Shown in pieces: positions 1-12,500 of a DNA stretch of 64,000 nucleotides. The DNA is taken from positions 248,001-312,000 of the forward strand of contig NIVC01000618.1 of the NCBI GenBank assembly GCA_002269645.1, given 5' to 3'. Each line of letters begins with the position of its first letter. Position 1 is the stretch's first letter. Source of the DNA: Macrostomum lignano. Taxonomy: Eukaryota. The notes under the pieces were generated by a model. That model saw only the letters and a program-made list of their open reading frames with translations, was not told the origin of the DNA and did not search any database. The position numbers and the translations under genes were made by a program.

Positions 1-97
1 CTGTAAGAATCCTGACCCCAACTGTAAGAATCCTGACCCCAACTGTAAGAATCCTGACCCCAACTGTAAGAATCCTGACACAACTGTAAGAATCCTG
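1..97. repeat. 21-bp tandem repeat (ctgtaagaatcctgaccccaa) in eIF4A intron
   Basis: Visible 21-bp period; array continues off the window edge. Confidence 0.9.
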
Positions 98-153
98 AGT
101 TCTGACATGATTTTAAAATCCCATCGCCCCCTCCCCCTTCCACCCCGCCGCAG

Positions 154-1221
154 GTGGTCGTCGGCACGCCCGGCCGGGTGTTCGACATGACCAACCGGGG
201 CATCCTGCGCACCAAGCACATCAAGATGTTCGTGCTAGACGAAGCCGACGAGATGCTTGGCCGCGGCTTTAAAGAGCAAATCTATGAAGTGTTCCGCCTG
301 ATGCCCGAGGAGGTCCAGGTTGTGCTGCTGTCCGCCACCATGCCGGCCGACGTGCTGGAGGTGACCAACAAGTTCATGCGCAATCCCATCAAGATCCTGG
401 TGAAGAAGGAAGAGCTCACCCTCGAAGGTATTCGCCAGTTTTACATCGACGTTGAACGCGACGACTGGAAGCTGGACACCCTATGCGACTTGTACGAGAC
501 GCTGACCATCGCCCAGGCCGTGATCTTCTGCAACACTCGCCGCAAGGTCGAGTGGCTGGCCGAGAAGATGGGCGCCCGTGATTTCACCGTCAGCTTCATG
601 CACGGCGAGATGGAACAGGCGGTTCGCGATAGAATTATGCGGGAATTCCGTTCCGGCAGCAGTCGGGTTCTGATCACCACGGATCTGCTGGCTCGCGGTA
701 TCGACGTGCAGCAGGTGTCACTGGTTATTAACTACGACCTGCCAACGAACCGAGAGAACTACATCCACAGGTGGGTCAACACATTTTACCAAAATAAAGA
801 TGATTGATAAAATTCATGGTCACAATGCCAAGGGTTCAACTCGTTTTTCGCGAGTTGAACTTTCACGGTCAAGATGATAAATGACATCGGGTACTTGTTG
901 ATCTACTTTACGTTCAAGATGATATTTTAGAACTGCGGGTTTTTTGGTCAGTTTCAAGCTCAAACTCTTGATGATAAATGGCGTGCACTTTTGCTTAATC
1001 ATGCCAACATCACATTTCGGTTTCATGGAATTTTAAAGAAGCAATGGATATCGAATTCCTTTTTTGTCATTTGTAGAATCGGCCGCGGCGGTCGCTTCGG
1101 TAGGAAGGGCGTCGCCATCAACTTCATCACCACCGACGATCAGCGGACTCTGCACGATCTGGAGACCTACTACAACACGTCTATCGAAGAGATGCCGATG
1201 GACGTCGCCAACCTGATTTAG
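154..1221 (+). CDS. EIF4A: Translation initiation factor eIF4A (DEAD-box helicase), last two exons 154-770 and 1077-1221; 5' part outside window
   Basis: [39 protein letters not shown] motifs; HR|[11 protein letters not shown] is joined across a phase-2 GT-AG intron 771-1076; TAG at 1219-1221. Confidence 0.95.
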
Positions 1222-2524
1222 GCCGCGGAGTGGAGCTCCGACTTCTCTCTGGTGTTGCGCAAAGGTTGGGAAAGAAAAGATTTGTGTTGCTTGAGCGAGT
1301 GCGCGGTTAAAGCGAACCCAATCTGACTCTAATTATTCTTGTTTGTTTTGTTGTCTAAGCGAGCTGTCATCCCGAGCAGTGAATAAACTATAGTAACTAG
1401 CCGCAGGCTAATCACTTGGGATTGTGTATTAAGCCTCCCCCTCCATGTCGTCCCCGAGTTACAGCGAGTCACGACCGTCAATAATAGAGGCCCAGCGTTA
1501 CCAACTCTGTGTTCAGACAAAAAGCTTATTAAAAAAGTTGCTATTGTCATTACTATTGTTATTAATATATTTTCAATTGTTATTAATGTCGCTAATCCGA
1601 TGTATGATGGGTCTGTGCGAGGCTTGTTCGCAACATGTATTAACAGTCAAATTAATATTATTAATGGCAATGATAATAACAATGGCATCGGTTTAAACAT
1701 TGACAAATGTGGTGTATAGTGTCTTGTCTTATTTATTTATTTATTTCGCTGGTTGCTACACAGTGGCGCTTATTTTATGACAGTTTAATATTGCTTAAAG
1801 CGTAGCGAAGGAAGAGTGCCTGTATTAAAATTAAATTAAAAATAGCCATACAGTGCACAATAAATAATATCAGGTTTTGCAAAATTTTTTAACTACATTT
1901 AGGCAAGTTTTTTTCATTAATCATACTTATTAAGTTAGCGCATTATCCATGGCAGTCACGATCTTGCACCACCCTATTCAGTAGCAAGTATAGAATGCGG
2001 CAGCTATTTTAATGAGAAAGAGCAATTTAATTGGCTGGATAAAGTTGTTCACATTAAGAGAGATCGGTGTCAGAAATAATGTACATCTGTTTATCAACAG
2101 TCACTTCAGGCGTGGGGTTGGTGTTGGGCAATAAAAAAACGGAAAGAAGTAAAAGACAAAATTCAACCAATAAGGAAGTTTGGAAGATTTACCAAGGACG
2201 ACAAAATGTACAGGGTACATAATTGGGTGTCCCTACTTGTTGCTATTTTTAGTTACTCTTCGCGGGCCGTATGCAAAATGTACAACTAACGGCAAGACCT
2301 CCAGGGGAATGTACATTTAGGCTATGTACATGTAGCTAAAAATAGAAACAAGCAATGACTTCACTGATTGAAAACTTTGGCGTCCATAATAATTTTAAAT
2401 TGAAGGTTTGCCCCTTCAAGAGACTATACTACTGAGTCGAAAGTAAGCAAGCGTACAATTAGTTAGAAGTGAGTGGCAGTGAAGTTGGCTGCATCTGTAT
2501 AGCAACAATGGCAAAACAGCTATT

Positions 2525-5500
2525 TTATATAATGGTTCCATTGAGCCCCCTCTGATCGGGGTCTGCATCTGCGGAAGTCTCAAATGTCGACGCTTTGGTA
2601 GAGGCACTCCAGGTGACTTGCTCGGCCACCGCCCGCTTGTGCCAGCGCGCCGCGCGCAGCACCGGCATGGCGAAGATGCTCAGCAGCACGAGCAGGGCGC
2701 AGGACAGGGCAACGTAGAATCCGCCATATGGCAGAGCTGACAGGCTGCCTGAGCACTCCGTCACGACCGTCTCCAGGACGCTTGACAGACCGCTGCAGCG
2801 GCCGATTCGGGTTAGAATTTTGGACAGCAGACTGTTGAGGGTGGCTGCCAGCTCGGGTGTGTATTCGGACAGCACCTGGAATTTGGAATTCGGAAATCGC
2901 TTTGGAGTGTTTTTAAAATTGAGGTTAGCATTTTATTTTGGTCCGAATACTTCGTATTTAGTTCCAGTCATGTATATCAGGACAGAGATATCAATCACAA
3001 AAAGATTGACTTGTCCGCATCAATTGGTCCACTTTAGAGGACTGGGATATTCACTGAAGACCTGGGTGTCCACTTTGAAGACATGGGTGTCCAACCCTGA
3101 AGACAGGGGTGTCCAACCCTGAAGACATGGGTGTCCAACTCTGAAGACAGGGGTGTCCAACTCTGAATATATGGGTGTCCACTCTGAAGACAGGGCTGTC
3201 CAGCTCTGAAGATATTGGTGTCCACTCTGAATACAGGGGTGTCCAGCTCTGAAGACATAGGTGTCCACTCTGAAGACATAGGTGTCCACTCTGAAGACAT
3301 AGGTGTCCACTCTGAAGACATAGGTGTCCACTCTGAAGACATAGGTGTCCACTCTGAAGACATGGATGTCCACTCTGAGGACAGGGGTTTCCACTCTGAG
3401 GACAGGAGTGGGCACCCGTGCCAGAAAAGCCCAACCCGACGATCACCTGATCGTATCGGGTCGCCACCGCAGTCAGCAGGGCGGTGCGGTTCGACAACGC
3501 CACCTTCAGCTCGGCCAGCCTGGCGGTCACCTCAACCGTCAAGTTCATCACCAGCCGGTTGTTTTGCAAAGTTAGAAAATGCCGCTTCATCTCGTTGAGG
3601 CTGCCGTTCAGAGCGGGGTAGTCACTGGTGTACATCCCGTTGAGGTTGTCAGCGAAGTGCTGGATTAAGATGGCCCGATTATCGGACGGGTTCCTGTCCA
3701 GCAGGATTCGAACCATGGCCTGCAGATCGCCGAACAGCAGTGGCAACCGGTCGCCGATGGCCAGCAGTGGCTTGGACAGCTCAGCTATGCTCGCCGAGAA
3801 GTCCTGCGTGTCGATGATGTTGGCGAACTCCGGCAGGACAGCCAGGATGCTGTCCACCTCCGATGGGATCAGCGTGCTCGCGTCCAGGTCGCCGACCAGC
3901 TTGTTGACCATTTCTCGGCCTGTGTGAAGCAGTTGAGTCAGCACAATAATACTGCCAGCTCAGCTAAATGTACTTCTGCTCAGCTACCTCTGCTCAGCTA
4001 TCTCTGCTCAGCTACCTCTGCTTAGCTATCTCTGCTCAGCTATCTCTGCTTAGCTATCTCTGCTCAGCTACCTCTGCTCAGCTACATGTACCTCTGCTCA
4101 GCTATCTCTGCTCAGCTATCTCTGCTTAGCTATCTCTGCTCAGCTACCTCTGCTCAGCTACCTTTGCTCAGCTACTCTGCTCAGCTACATGTACCTCTGC
4201 TCAGCTACTTTTGCTCAGCTACCTCTGCTCAGCTACATGTACCTCTGCTCAGCTTCCTCTACTCAGCTAACTCTGCTCAGCTACATCTGCTCAGATATCT
4301 CTGCTCAGCTACCTCTGCTCAGCTATCTCTGCTCAGCTACCTCTGCTCAGCTATCTCTGCTTAGCTATCTCTGCTCAGCTACCTCTGCTCAGCTACATGT
4401 ACCTCTGCTCAGCTACCTTTGCTCAGCTACCTCTGCTCAGCTACATGTACCTCTGCTCAGCTTCCTCTGCTCAGCTAACTCTGCTCAGCTACCTCTGCTC
4501 AGCTACATGTACCTCTGCTCAGCTAACTCTGCTCAGCTACCTCTGCTCAGCTACATGTACCTCTGCTCAGCTTCCTTTGCTCAGCTACCTCTGCTCAGCT
4601 ACATGTACCTCTGCTCAGCTTCCTCTGCTCAGCTAACTCTGCTCAGCTACCTCTGCTCAGATATCTCTGCTCAGCTACCTCTGCTCAGCTATCTCTGCTC
4701 AGCTACCTCTGCTCAGCTATCTCTGCTTAGCTATCTCTGCTCAGCTACCTCTGCTCAGCTACATGTACCTCTGCTCAGCTACCTTTGCTCAGCTACCTCT
4801 GCTCAGCTACATGTACCTCTGCTCAGCTTCCTCTGCTCAGCTAACTCTGCTCAGCTACCTCTGCTCAGCTACATGTACCTCTGCTCAGCTAACTCTGCTC
4901 AGCTACCTCTGCTCAGCTACATGTACCTCTGCTCAGCTTCCTTTGCTCAGCTACCTCTGCTCAGCTACATGTACCTCTGCTCAGCTTCCTCTGCTCAGCT
5001 AACTCTGCTCAGCTACCTCTGCTCAGCTACATGTACCTCTGCTCAGCTACCTTTGCTCAGCTACCTCTGCTCAGCTACATGTACCTCTGCTCAGCTTCCT
5101 CTGCTCAGCTAACTCTGCTCAGCTATCTATGCTCAGCTTCCTCTGCTCAGCTAACTCTGCTCAGCTTCCTCTGCTCAGCTATCTATGCTCAGCTATGCTC
5201 AGCTATCCCTCTGCTCAGCTACCAGAGCACTCAGCAGCACTCGCCTCTATAAAGCTCCTTCTTGACCATGTCAGCCTCCAGCAAGTCGGTCAGGTTGAAC
5301 GCAGTCACCAGATTGTAGATTTGGAATATCGTGGCGCTGGAGTTCTTGCAGTCGCGCAGCAATACGCCCAGCAGGCCCTTCGGCAGCATCGACTGCGTCA
5401 GCGGCACAGGAAATTCAATCTTCTCCGCCAGCAGCCGCTGCACCACCGGCCACAGGTCGTCGTCAATCATCCGATCGAGCTGCTTGTCCACCACGGCTGT

Positions 5501-8178
5501 GCTGGCTGGCAAAGTAAAGTAGGTGCACGCGTCCTGCTGAATCATGCTGCCAGCGTAAGCAGGGCGAAGCCGCAGGCAAACAGCAGAGCAAAGCACGCGC
5601 CCAGCGCGCACATCACGCGGATCATCGGGTTGGTCTTCATCAGCCGCATGCCGCGGTTCATCTTGCGAAGATGGCGCAGCTCCCGGGCCGACTGGTCCTG
5701 CTTCTGCCTGGTCAGGGTTTCCGCGTGATTCTCCACGATGCTGGCGAAGCTCCGCAGCGGCGGCGGCCGCGACTGCTGCTCCCCGGGCGTCTCTTCGAAG
5801 CCTGCCGGGGGACCCTCACCGCCCATCTGGCGACTATTGCTGCGGCCTCCCAGCGGTTGCGCTGATAGTAGAAGTACACCAGCAGGATGCTGATGACGGC
5901 AACGCAGGCCAGGGTGAGGCAGAAGGCGATCACAATCACCGCCGAGATTATCTGCAGGACAGTGTCACCAGTGTTGAAGGCGCCGACAAAGGACTCGCTC
6001 TGCGTCATGTTGACCATCTCCGAGCCCAGCTGCTCCGCTCCGGACACGGCGCTTTTGAACTGCTTGGAGACCTCGTCGACCAGCGTGTTAAACAGGTTCG
6101 TGATCTCGTCGCCGATAAGGCTCAGGCTGCCTGTGAGCAGCGACTTGGCAGAGTTCACCTGCGGGCGGGTGCGGGGGCCGCGCTGTCAGGTCTATTGGGC
6201 TTCTCTGTTGCCCTCATTTCTTCACGTCTCCTCTCACCTCCTCTCACCTCTTTTCTTCTCCTCTCCTTTCACCCGCTCTCACCTCCTCTCATCTCCTCTC
6301 TTCTCCTCTCCTCTCCTCTCCTCTCCTCTCCTCTCCTCTCCTCTCCTCTCCTCTCCTCTCCTCTCCTCTCCTCTCCTCTCCTCTCCTCTCCTCTCCTCTC
6401 AACTCCTCTCCTCCCTCCCCTCCGCTCGCACCTGAGCCTCCACTTCGGTCACATTGAGCTTGAAGATCTTGTCCAGCAGAGTCACGATGGTGACGCTGCT
6501 ATCCGAGTCGATCCGTCGCGAGTCCAAGCCGATGTACAGCAGGCCGATGTACCGGTTGACCCCATCGCAGAGAGCCACCGGACGCCGTTCGTTGGCGACC
6601 CGGCGCACACGTCGGCAACTTTAGCGCGAAGATCTTCTCGAGTCCGATTGATCATCGTGGTGAAGGAGTTCAGCGGGTTGAGCACGCTGTCGCGGGAGCT
6701 TTTGATGGCGTTCATGCTGGCTAGAAGGAGCTTCACCAAGTTGAGAAATTTATCGAAACTGTTCAACAGCGGAGTGAGCAGGAAATCGGCCGACAGCAGG
6801 TCGAGATAGCGGTTGGCGATCCGATTCACCAGGTTCAGGATGGAGGGAAAGGCCTCATAGCAGACCTGCAGGACGCTGGTGTTGGTGCTGGTCAGGGTGT
6901 CCTCGATGAAGGCGTTCAGCTGCGGGGGAGTTGAAGTATTGAAGCCAATGTAACAGGGTTTGAGGCTTGTCTAACAGGGTTTGAGGCCTGTCTAACAGGG
7001 TTTGAGGCTTGTCTAACAGGGTTTGAGGCCTGTCTAACAGGGTTTGAGGCCTGTCTAACAGGGTTTGAGGCCTGTCTAACAGGGTTTGAGGCTTGTCTAA
7101 CAGGGTTTGAGGCCTGTCTAACAGGGTTTGAGGCCTGTCTAACAGGGTTTGAGGCTTGTCTAACAGGGCTTGAGGCTTGTCTAACAGGGCTTGAGGCCTG
7201 TCTAACAGGGTTTGAGGCTTGTCTAACAGGGTTTGAGGCCTGTCTAACAGGGTTTGAGGCTTGAACAGGGCTTGAGGCCTGTCTAACAGGGTTTGAGGCC
7301 TGTCTAACAGGGCTTGAGGACTGTCTAACAGGGTTTGAGGTCTGTCTAACAGGGTGTGAGGCCTGTCTATCAGGGTTTGAGGCTTGTCTAACAGGGTTTG
7401 AGGCCTGTCTAACAGTATTTTATCGATCTAACGGGGATGCATCCCTATCTGACAGATTTGATATTTGTCAAACAGGTGAGCAGTCTGTCCGTCTGTCTGT
7501 GTTTTTGAGATCGCTAATCCCAAGCAAGATCATGAATGTTACCAACAGACCTGCTGCACTGCAGAGTTAATGGCTACGGCGACACTGCCGCGACCGCCGC
7601 CGCTGTCCGAGGCCTTCTGCTGCCTCTGGAACAGCCTGCCGAACCCGTAGCCGCCGCTGTAGTTCCAGTAGACGCCCAGAGTCGCCGTGCAGACGGCGAA
7701 TACCGCAACCAGCAGCCCCAGCCGCAGGGCCATCAGCTTCTCCCGACGTCGGCGCCGCCACCAACGGCTGGACTTTGCCGCGGACAGGGCCAGAGAGTCC
7801 GACGAAGGCGTCGGCGAAGGATTGCTGACGGCGTACTGGTCGGCTGGTGGCGGCAGCCGTTTGCCGTGTCTGTTCGGCGAGCACGGCAGCCGGCGCTGCC
7901 AGGTGGCGAGCACTGCGATGCAGACCAGAGCGATCAGGGTGATCAGCATCCAGACAGCCGCGCCAACAAACTGCGGGATCTGCGCCGCCGCCCGGCCGAA
8001 GTACCAGTCGGCCAGGGCGACGCCGACAGACGGCCCCGCGGTCGATCCTGTCTGACTGTCGCTGCCGCCGAACCAGCCGCGGGAGTAGTCGGTGAGCAGC
8101 ACCGAGCCGTAGCTGATCAGCGGGTGAACACTCCGCCGTCCTGCTTGGGACGAACAGTCGTTGAAGATCATCCACCAT
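2525..8178 (-). CDS. Prominin-like 5-TM protein, about 950 aa; exons 8178(or 8258)-7551, 6919-6432, 6158-5245, 3919-3447, 2875-2525; this copy has small indels
   Basis: Five hydrophobic segments with two large loops (prominin topology); CKNSSATIFQIYNLVTAFNLTDLL and C-terminal CSGL..ETVVTECS..GFYVALSC resemble prominin motifs; splice phases are compatible; frameshifts are corrected by the second copy. Confidence 0.7.
3050..3400. repeat. 21-bp minisatellite (ctgaagacataggtgtccact), prominin intron 4
   Basis: Visible period; spurious ORFs repeat every 7 aa. Confidence 0.9.
3955..5225. repeat. About 14-bp satellite (ctcagctacctctg variants), prominin intron 3, with a 366-bp higher-order duplication
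   Basis: Visible; ORFs 4397-4636 and 4763-5002 are identical. Confidence 0.9.
6220..6420. repeat. (CTCCT)n low-complexity tract, prominin intron 2
   Basis: Visible pentamer run. Confidence 0.85.
6950..7415. repeat. 21-bp minisatellite (gtctaacagggtttgaggcct), prominin intron 1
   Basis: Visible period of 21. Confidence 0.9.
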
Positions 8179-8717
8179 GCTCGCCCAGCCACAGAGCTTA
8201 ACCGCTGTTTCTTCGCAACTGACCCTGCTAGCCTATGAGTCTCCCTTTTATTCGTCATTATTCTTCTTGGCCAACATAGGATAGTAGGGGGTCCATCATT
8301 GTTCCCTCCCTTTCTGTCTCACTCTCTTCTCTCAACTCGAGTTCGTCGCGTCTTCTCTTCACTGTGCAAGCGGTGCGAGAGGGCAGGCTCTGACAATAAT
8401 ACGCCTCTCTATCTACATGTAACCCCCGAGATGATTCAGGGCTTTAATGAAATTAGTATATAGCACAGACAGGGCTGTTTGCTGCGCATCACGGCCCACA
8501 CCGCGTATTATTTGTGCGCAGAGCTGTTTAATAAACTTTTTATGACAATGCCGAATAAAAAACTCGCGAGCTTTTTTATTGCACCACTAAATGAGTCGAG
8601 TTGTTTGGAAAAAGAAACAAAATAAATTTAGCAATGACTAATTTAGCTGCTGATTTGGCTACTGCGCCTCATGGCAGCTCAACTGCTTCTTGCTTTCTAG
8701 AATTGGCATTTTGTGCG

Positions 8718-9573
8718 NNNNNNNNNNNNNNNNNNNNNNNNNNNNNNNNNNNNNNNNNNNNNNNNNNNNNNNNNNNNNNNNNNNNNNNNNNNNNNNNNNN
8801 NNNNNNNNNNNNNNNNNNNNNNNNNNNNNNNNNNNNNNNNNNNNNNNNNNNNNNNNNNNNNNNNNNNNNNNNNNNNNNNNNNNNNNNNNNNNNNNNNNNN
8901 NNNNNNNNNNNNNNNNNNNNNNNNNNNNNNNNNNNNNNNNNNNNNNNNNNNNNNNNNNNNNNNNNNNNNNNNNNNNNNNNNNNNNNNNNNNNNNNNNNNN
9001 NNNNNNNNNNNNNNNNNNNNNNNNNNNNNNNNNNNNNNNNNNNNNNNNNNNNNNNNNNNNNNNNNNNNNNNNNNNNNNNNNNNNNNNNNNNNNNNNNNNN
9101 NNNNNNNNNNNNNNNNNNNNNNNNNNNNNNNNNNNNNNNNNNNNNNNNNNNNNNNNNNNNNNNNNNNNNNNNNNNNNNNNNNNNNNNNNNNNNNNNNNNN
9201 NNNNNNNNNNNNNNNNNNNNNNNNNNNNNNNNNNNNNNNNNNNNNNNNNNNNNNNNNNNNNNNNNNNNNNNNNNNNNNNNNNNNNNNNNNNNNNNNNNNN
9301 NNNNNNNNNNNNNNNNNNNNNNNNNNNNNNNNNNNNNNNNNNNNNNNNNNNNNNNNNNNNNNNNNNNNNNNNNNNNNNNNNNNNNNNNNNNNNNNNNNNN
9401 NNNNNNNNNNNNNNNNNNNNNNNNNNNNNNNNNNNNNNNNNNNNNNNNNNNNNNNNNNNNNNNNNNNNNNNNNNNNNNNNNNNNNNNNNNNNNNNNNNNN
9501 NNNNNNNNNNNNNNNNNNNNNNNNNNNNNNNNNNNNNNNNNNNNNNNNNNNNNNNNNNNNNNNNNNNNNNNNN
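8718..9573. other. Assembly gap (856 N)
   Basis: Run of N. Confidence 1.
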
Positions 9574-12500
9574 CCGGTTGTTTTGCAAAGTTAGAAAATG
9601 CCGCTTCATCTCGTTGAGGCTGCCGTTCAGAGCGGGGTAGTCACTGGTGTACATCCCGTTGAGGTTGTCAGCGAAGTGCTGGATTTAGAGATGGCCCGCG
9701 ATTATCGGACGGGTTCCTGTCCAGCAGGATTCGAACCATGGCCTGCAGATCGCCGAACAGCAGTGGCAACCGGTCGCGCGATGGCCAGCAGTGGCTTGGA
9801 CAGCTCAGCTATGCTCGCCGAGGAAGTCCTGCGTGTCGATGATGTTGGGAGACTCCGGCAGGACAGCCAGGATGCTGTCCACCTCCGATGGGATCAGCGT
9901 GCTCGCGTCCAGGTCGCCGACCAGCTTGTTGACCATTTCTCGGCCTGTGTGAAAGCATTGAGTCAGCACAATAATACTGCCAGCTCAGCTAAATGTACTT
10001 TCTGCTCAGCTACCTCTGCTTCAGCTATCTCTGCTCAGCTACCTCTGCTTAGGCTATCTCTGCTCAGCTATCTCTCTGCTTAGCTATCTCTGCTCAGCTA
10101 CCTCTGCTCAGCTACATGTACCTCCTCAGCTATCTCTGCTCAGCTATCTCTGCTTAGCTATCTCTGCTCAGCTACCTCTGCTCAGCTACCTTTGCTCAGC
10201 TACTCTGCTCAGCTACATGTACCTCTGCTCAGCTACTTTTGCTCAGCTACCTCTGCCTCAGCTACATGTACCTCTGCTCAGCTTCCTCTACTCAGCTAAC
10301 TCTGCTCAGCTACATCTGCTCAGATATCTCTGCTCAGCTACCTGTGCTCAGCTATCTCTGCTCAGCTACCTCTGCTCAGCTATCTCTGCTTAGCTATCTC
10401 TGCTCAGCTACCTCTGCTCAGCTACATGTACCTCTGCTCAGCTACCTTTGCTCAGCTACCTCTGCTCAGCTACATGTACCTCTGCTCAGCTTCCTCTGCT
10501 CAGCTAACTCTGCTCAGCTACCTCTGCTCAGCTACATGTACCTCTGCTCAGCTAACTCTGCTCAGCTACCTCTGCTCAGCTACATGTACCTCTGCTCAGC
10601 TTCCTTTGCTCAGCTACCTCTGCTCAGCTACATGTACCTCTGCTCAGCTTCCTCTGCTCAGCTAACTCTGCTCAGCTACCTCTGCTCAGATATCTCTGCT
10701 CAGCTACCTCTGCTCAGCTATCTCTGCTCAGCTACCTCTGCTCAGCTATCTCTGCTTAGCTATCTCTGCTCAGCTACCTCTGCTCAGCTACATGTACCTC
10801 TGCTCAGCTACCTTTGCTCAGCTACCTCTGCTCAGCTACATGTACCTCTGCTCAGCTTCCTCTGCTCAGCTAACTCTGCTCAGCTACCTCTGCTCAGCTA
10901 CATGTACCTCTGCTCAGCTAACTCTGCTCAGCTACCTCTGCTCAGCTACATGTACCTCTGCTCAGCTTCCTTTGCTCAGCTACCTCTGCTCAGCTACATG
11001 TACCTCTGCTCAGCTTCCTCTGCTCAGCTAACTCTGCTCAGCTACCTCTGCTCAGCTACATGTACCTCTGCTCAGCTACCTTTGCTCAGCTACCTCTGCT
11101 CAGCTACATGTACCTCTGCTCAGCTTCCTCTGCTCAGCTAACTCTGCTCAGCTATCTATGCTCAGCTTCCTCTGCTCAGCTAACTCTGCTCAGCTTCCTC
11201 TGCTCAGCTATCTATGCTCAGCTATGCTCAGCTATCCCTCTGCTCAGCTACCAGAGCACTCAGCAGCACTCGCCTCTATAAAGCTCCTTCTTGACCATGT
11301 CAGCCTCCAGCAAGTCGGTCAGGTTGAACGCAGTCACCAGATTGTAGATTTGGAATATCGTGGCGCTGGAGTTCTTGCAGTCGCGCAGCAATACGCCCAG
11401 CAGGCCCTTCGGCAGCATCGACTGCGTCAGCGGCACAGGAAATTCAATCTTCTCCGCCAGCAGCCGCTGCACCACCGGCCACAGGTCGTCGTCAATCATC
11501 CGATCGAGCTGCTTGTCCACCACGGCTGTGCTGGCTGGCAAAGTAAAGTAGGTGCACGCGTCCTGCTGAATCATGCTGCCAGCGTACAGCAGGGCGAAGC
11601 CGCAGGCAAACAGCAGAGCAAAGCACGCGCCCAGCGCGCACATCACGCGGATCATCGGGTTGGTCTTCATCAGCCGCATGCCGCGGTTCATCTTGCGAAG
11701 ATGGCGCAGCTCCCGGGCCGACTGGTCCTGCTTCTGCCTGGTCAGGGTTTCCGCGTGATTCTCCACGATGCTGGCGAAGCTCCGCAGCGGCGGCGGCCGC
11801 GACTGCTGCTCCCCGGGCGTCTCTTCGAAGCCTGCCGGGGGACCCTCACCGCCCATCTGGCGACTATTGCTGGCGGCCTCAGCGGTTGCGCTGATAGTAG
11901 AAGTACACCAGCAGGATGCTGATGACGGCAACGCAGGCCAGGGTGAGGCAGAAGGCGATCACAATCACCGCCGAGATTATCTGCAGGACAGTGTCACCAG
12001 TGTTGAAGGCGCCGACAAAGGACTCGCTCTGCGTCATGTTGACCATCTCCGAGCCCAGCTGCTCCGCTCCGGACACGGCGCTTTTGAACTGCTTGGAGAC
12101 CTCGTCGACCAGCGTGTTAAACAGGTTCGTGATCTCGTCGCCGATAAGGCTCAGGCTGCCTGTGAGCAGCGACTTGGCAGAGTTCACCTGCGGGCGGGTG
12201 CGGGGGCCGCGCTGTCAGGTCTATTGGGCTTCTCTGTTGCCCTCATTTCTTCACGTCTCCTCTCACCTCCTCTCACCTCTTTTCTTCTCCTCTCCTTTCA
12301 CCCGCTCTCACCTCCTCTCATCTCCTCTCTTCTCCTCTCCTCCTCTCTCCTCTCCTCTCCTCTCCTCTCCTCTCCTCTCTCCCTCTCCTCTCCTCTCCTC
12401 TCCTCTCCTCTCCTCTCCTCTCCTCTCCTCTCAACTCCTCTCCTCCCTCCCCTCCGCTCGCACCTGAGCCTCCACTTCGGTCACATTGAGCTTGAAGATC

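Noticed and set aside
3034-5252. Many repetitive ORFs (SSEWTPM, YLCSATSAQL and similar), likewise at 16334-17130, 20914-21458, 27866-28885, 30002-30476, 35740-37553, 49645-50231, 53919-55508, 61483-63435
   Set aside because: Translations of micro/minisatellites within introns or spacers, open in several frames at once, with no protein-family motif
8601-9654. Long ORFs spanning the gap
   Set aside because: Composed of X residues from the N run
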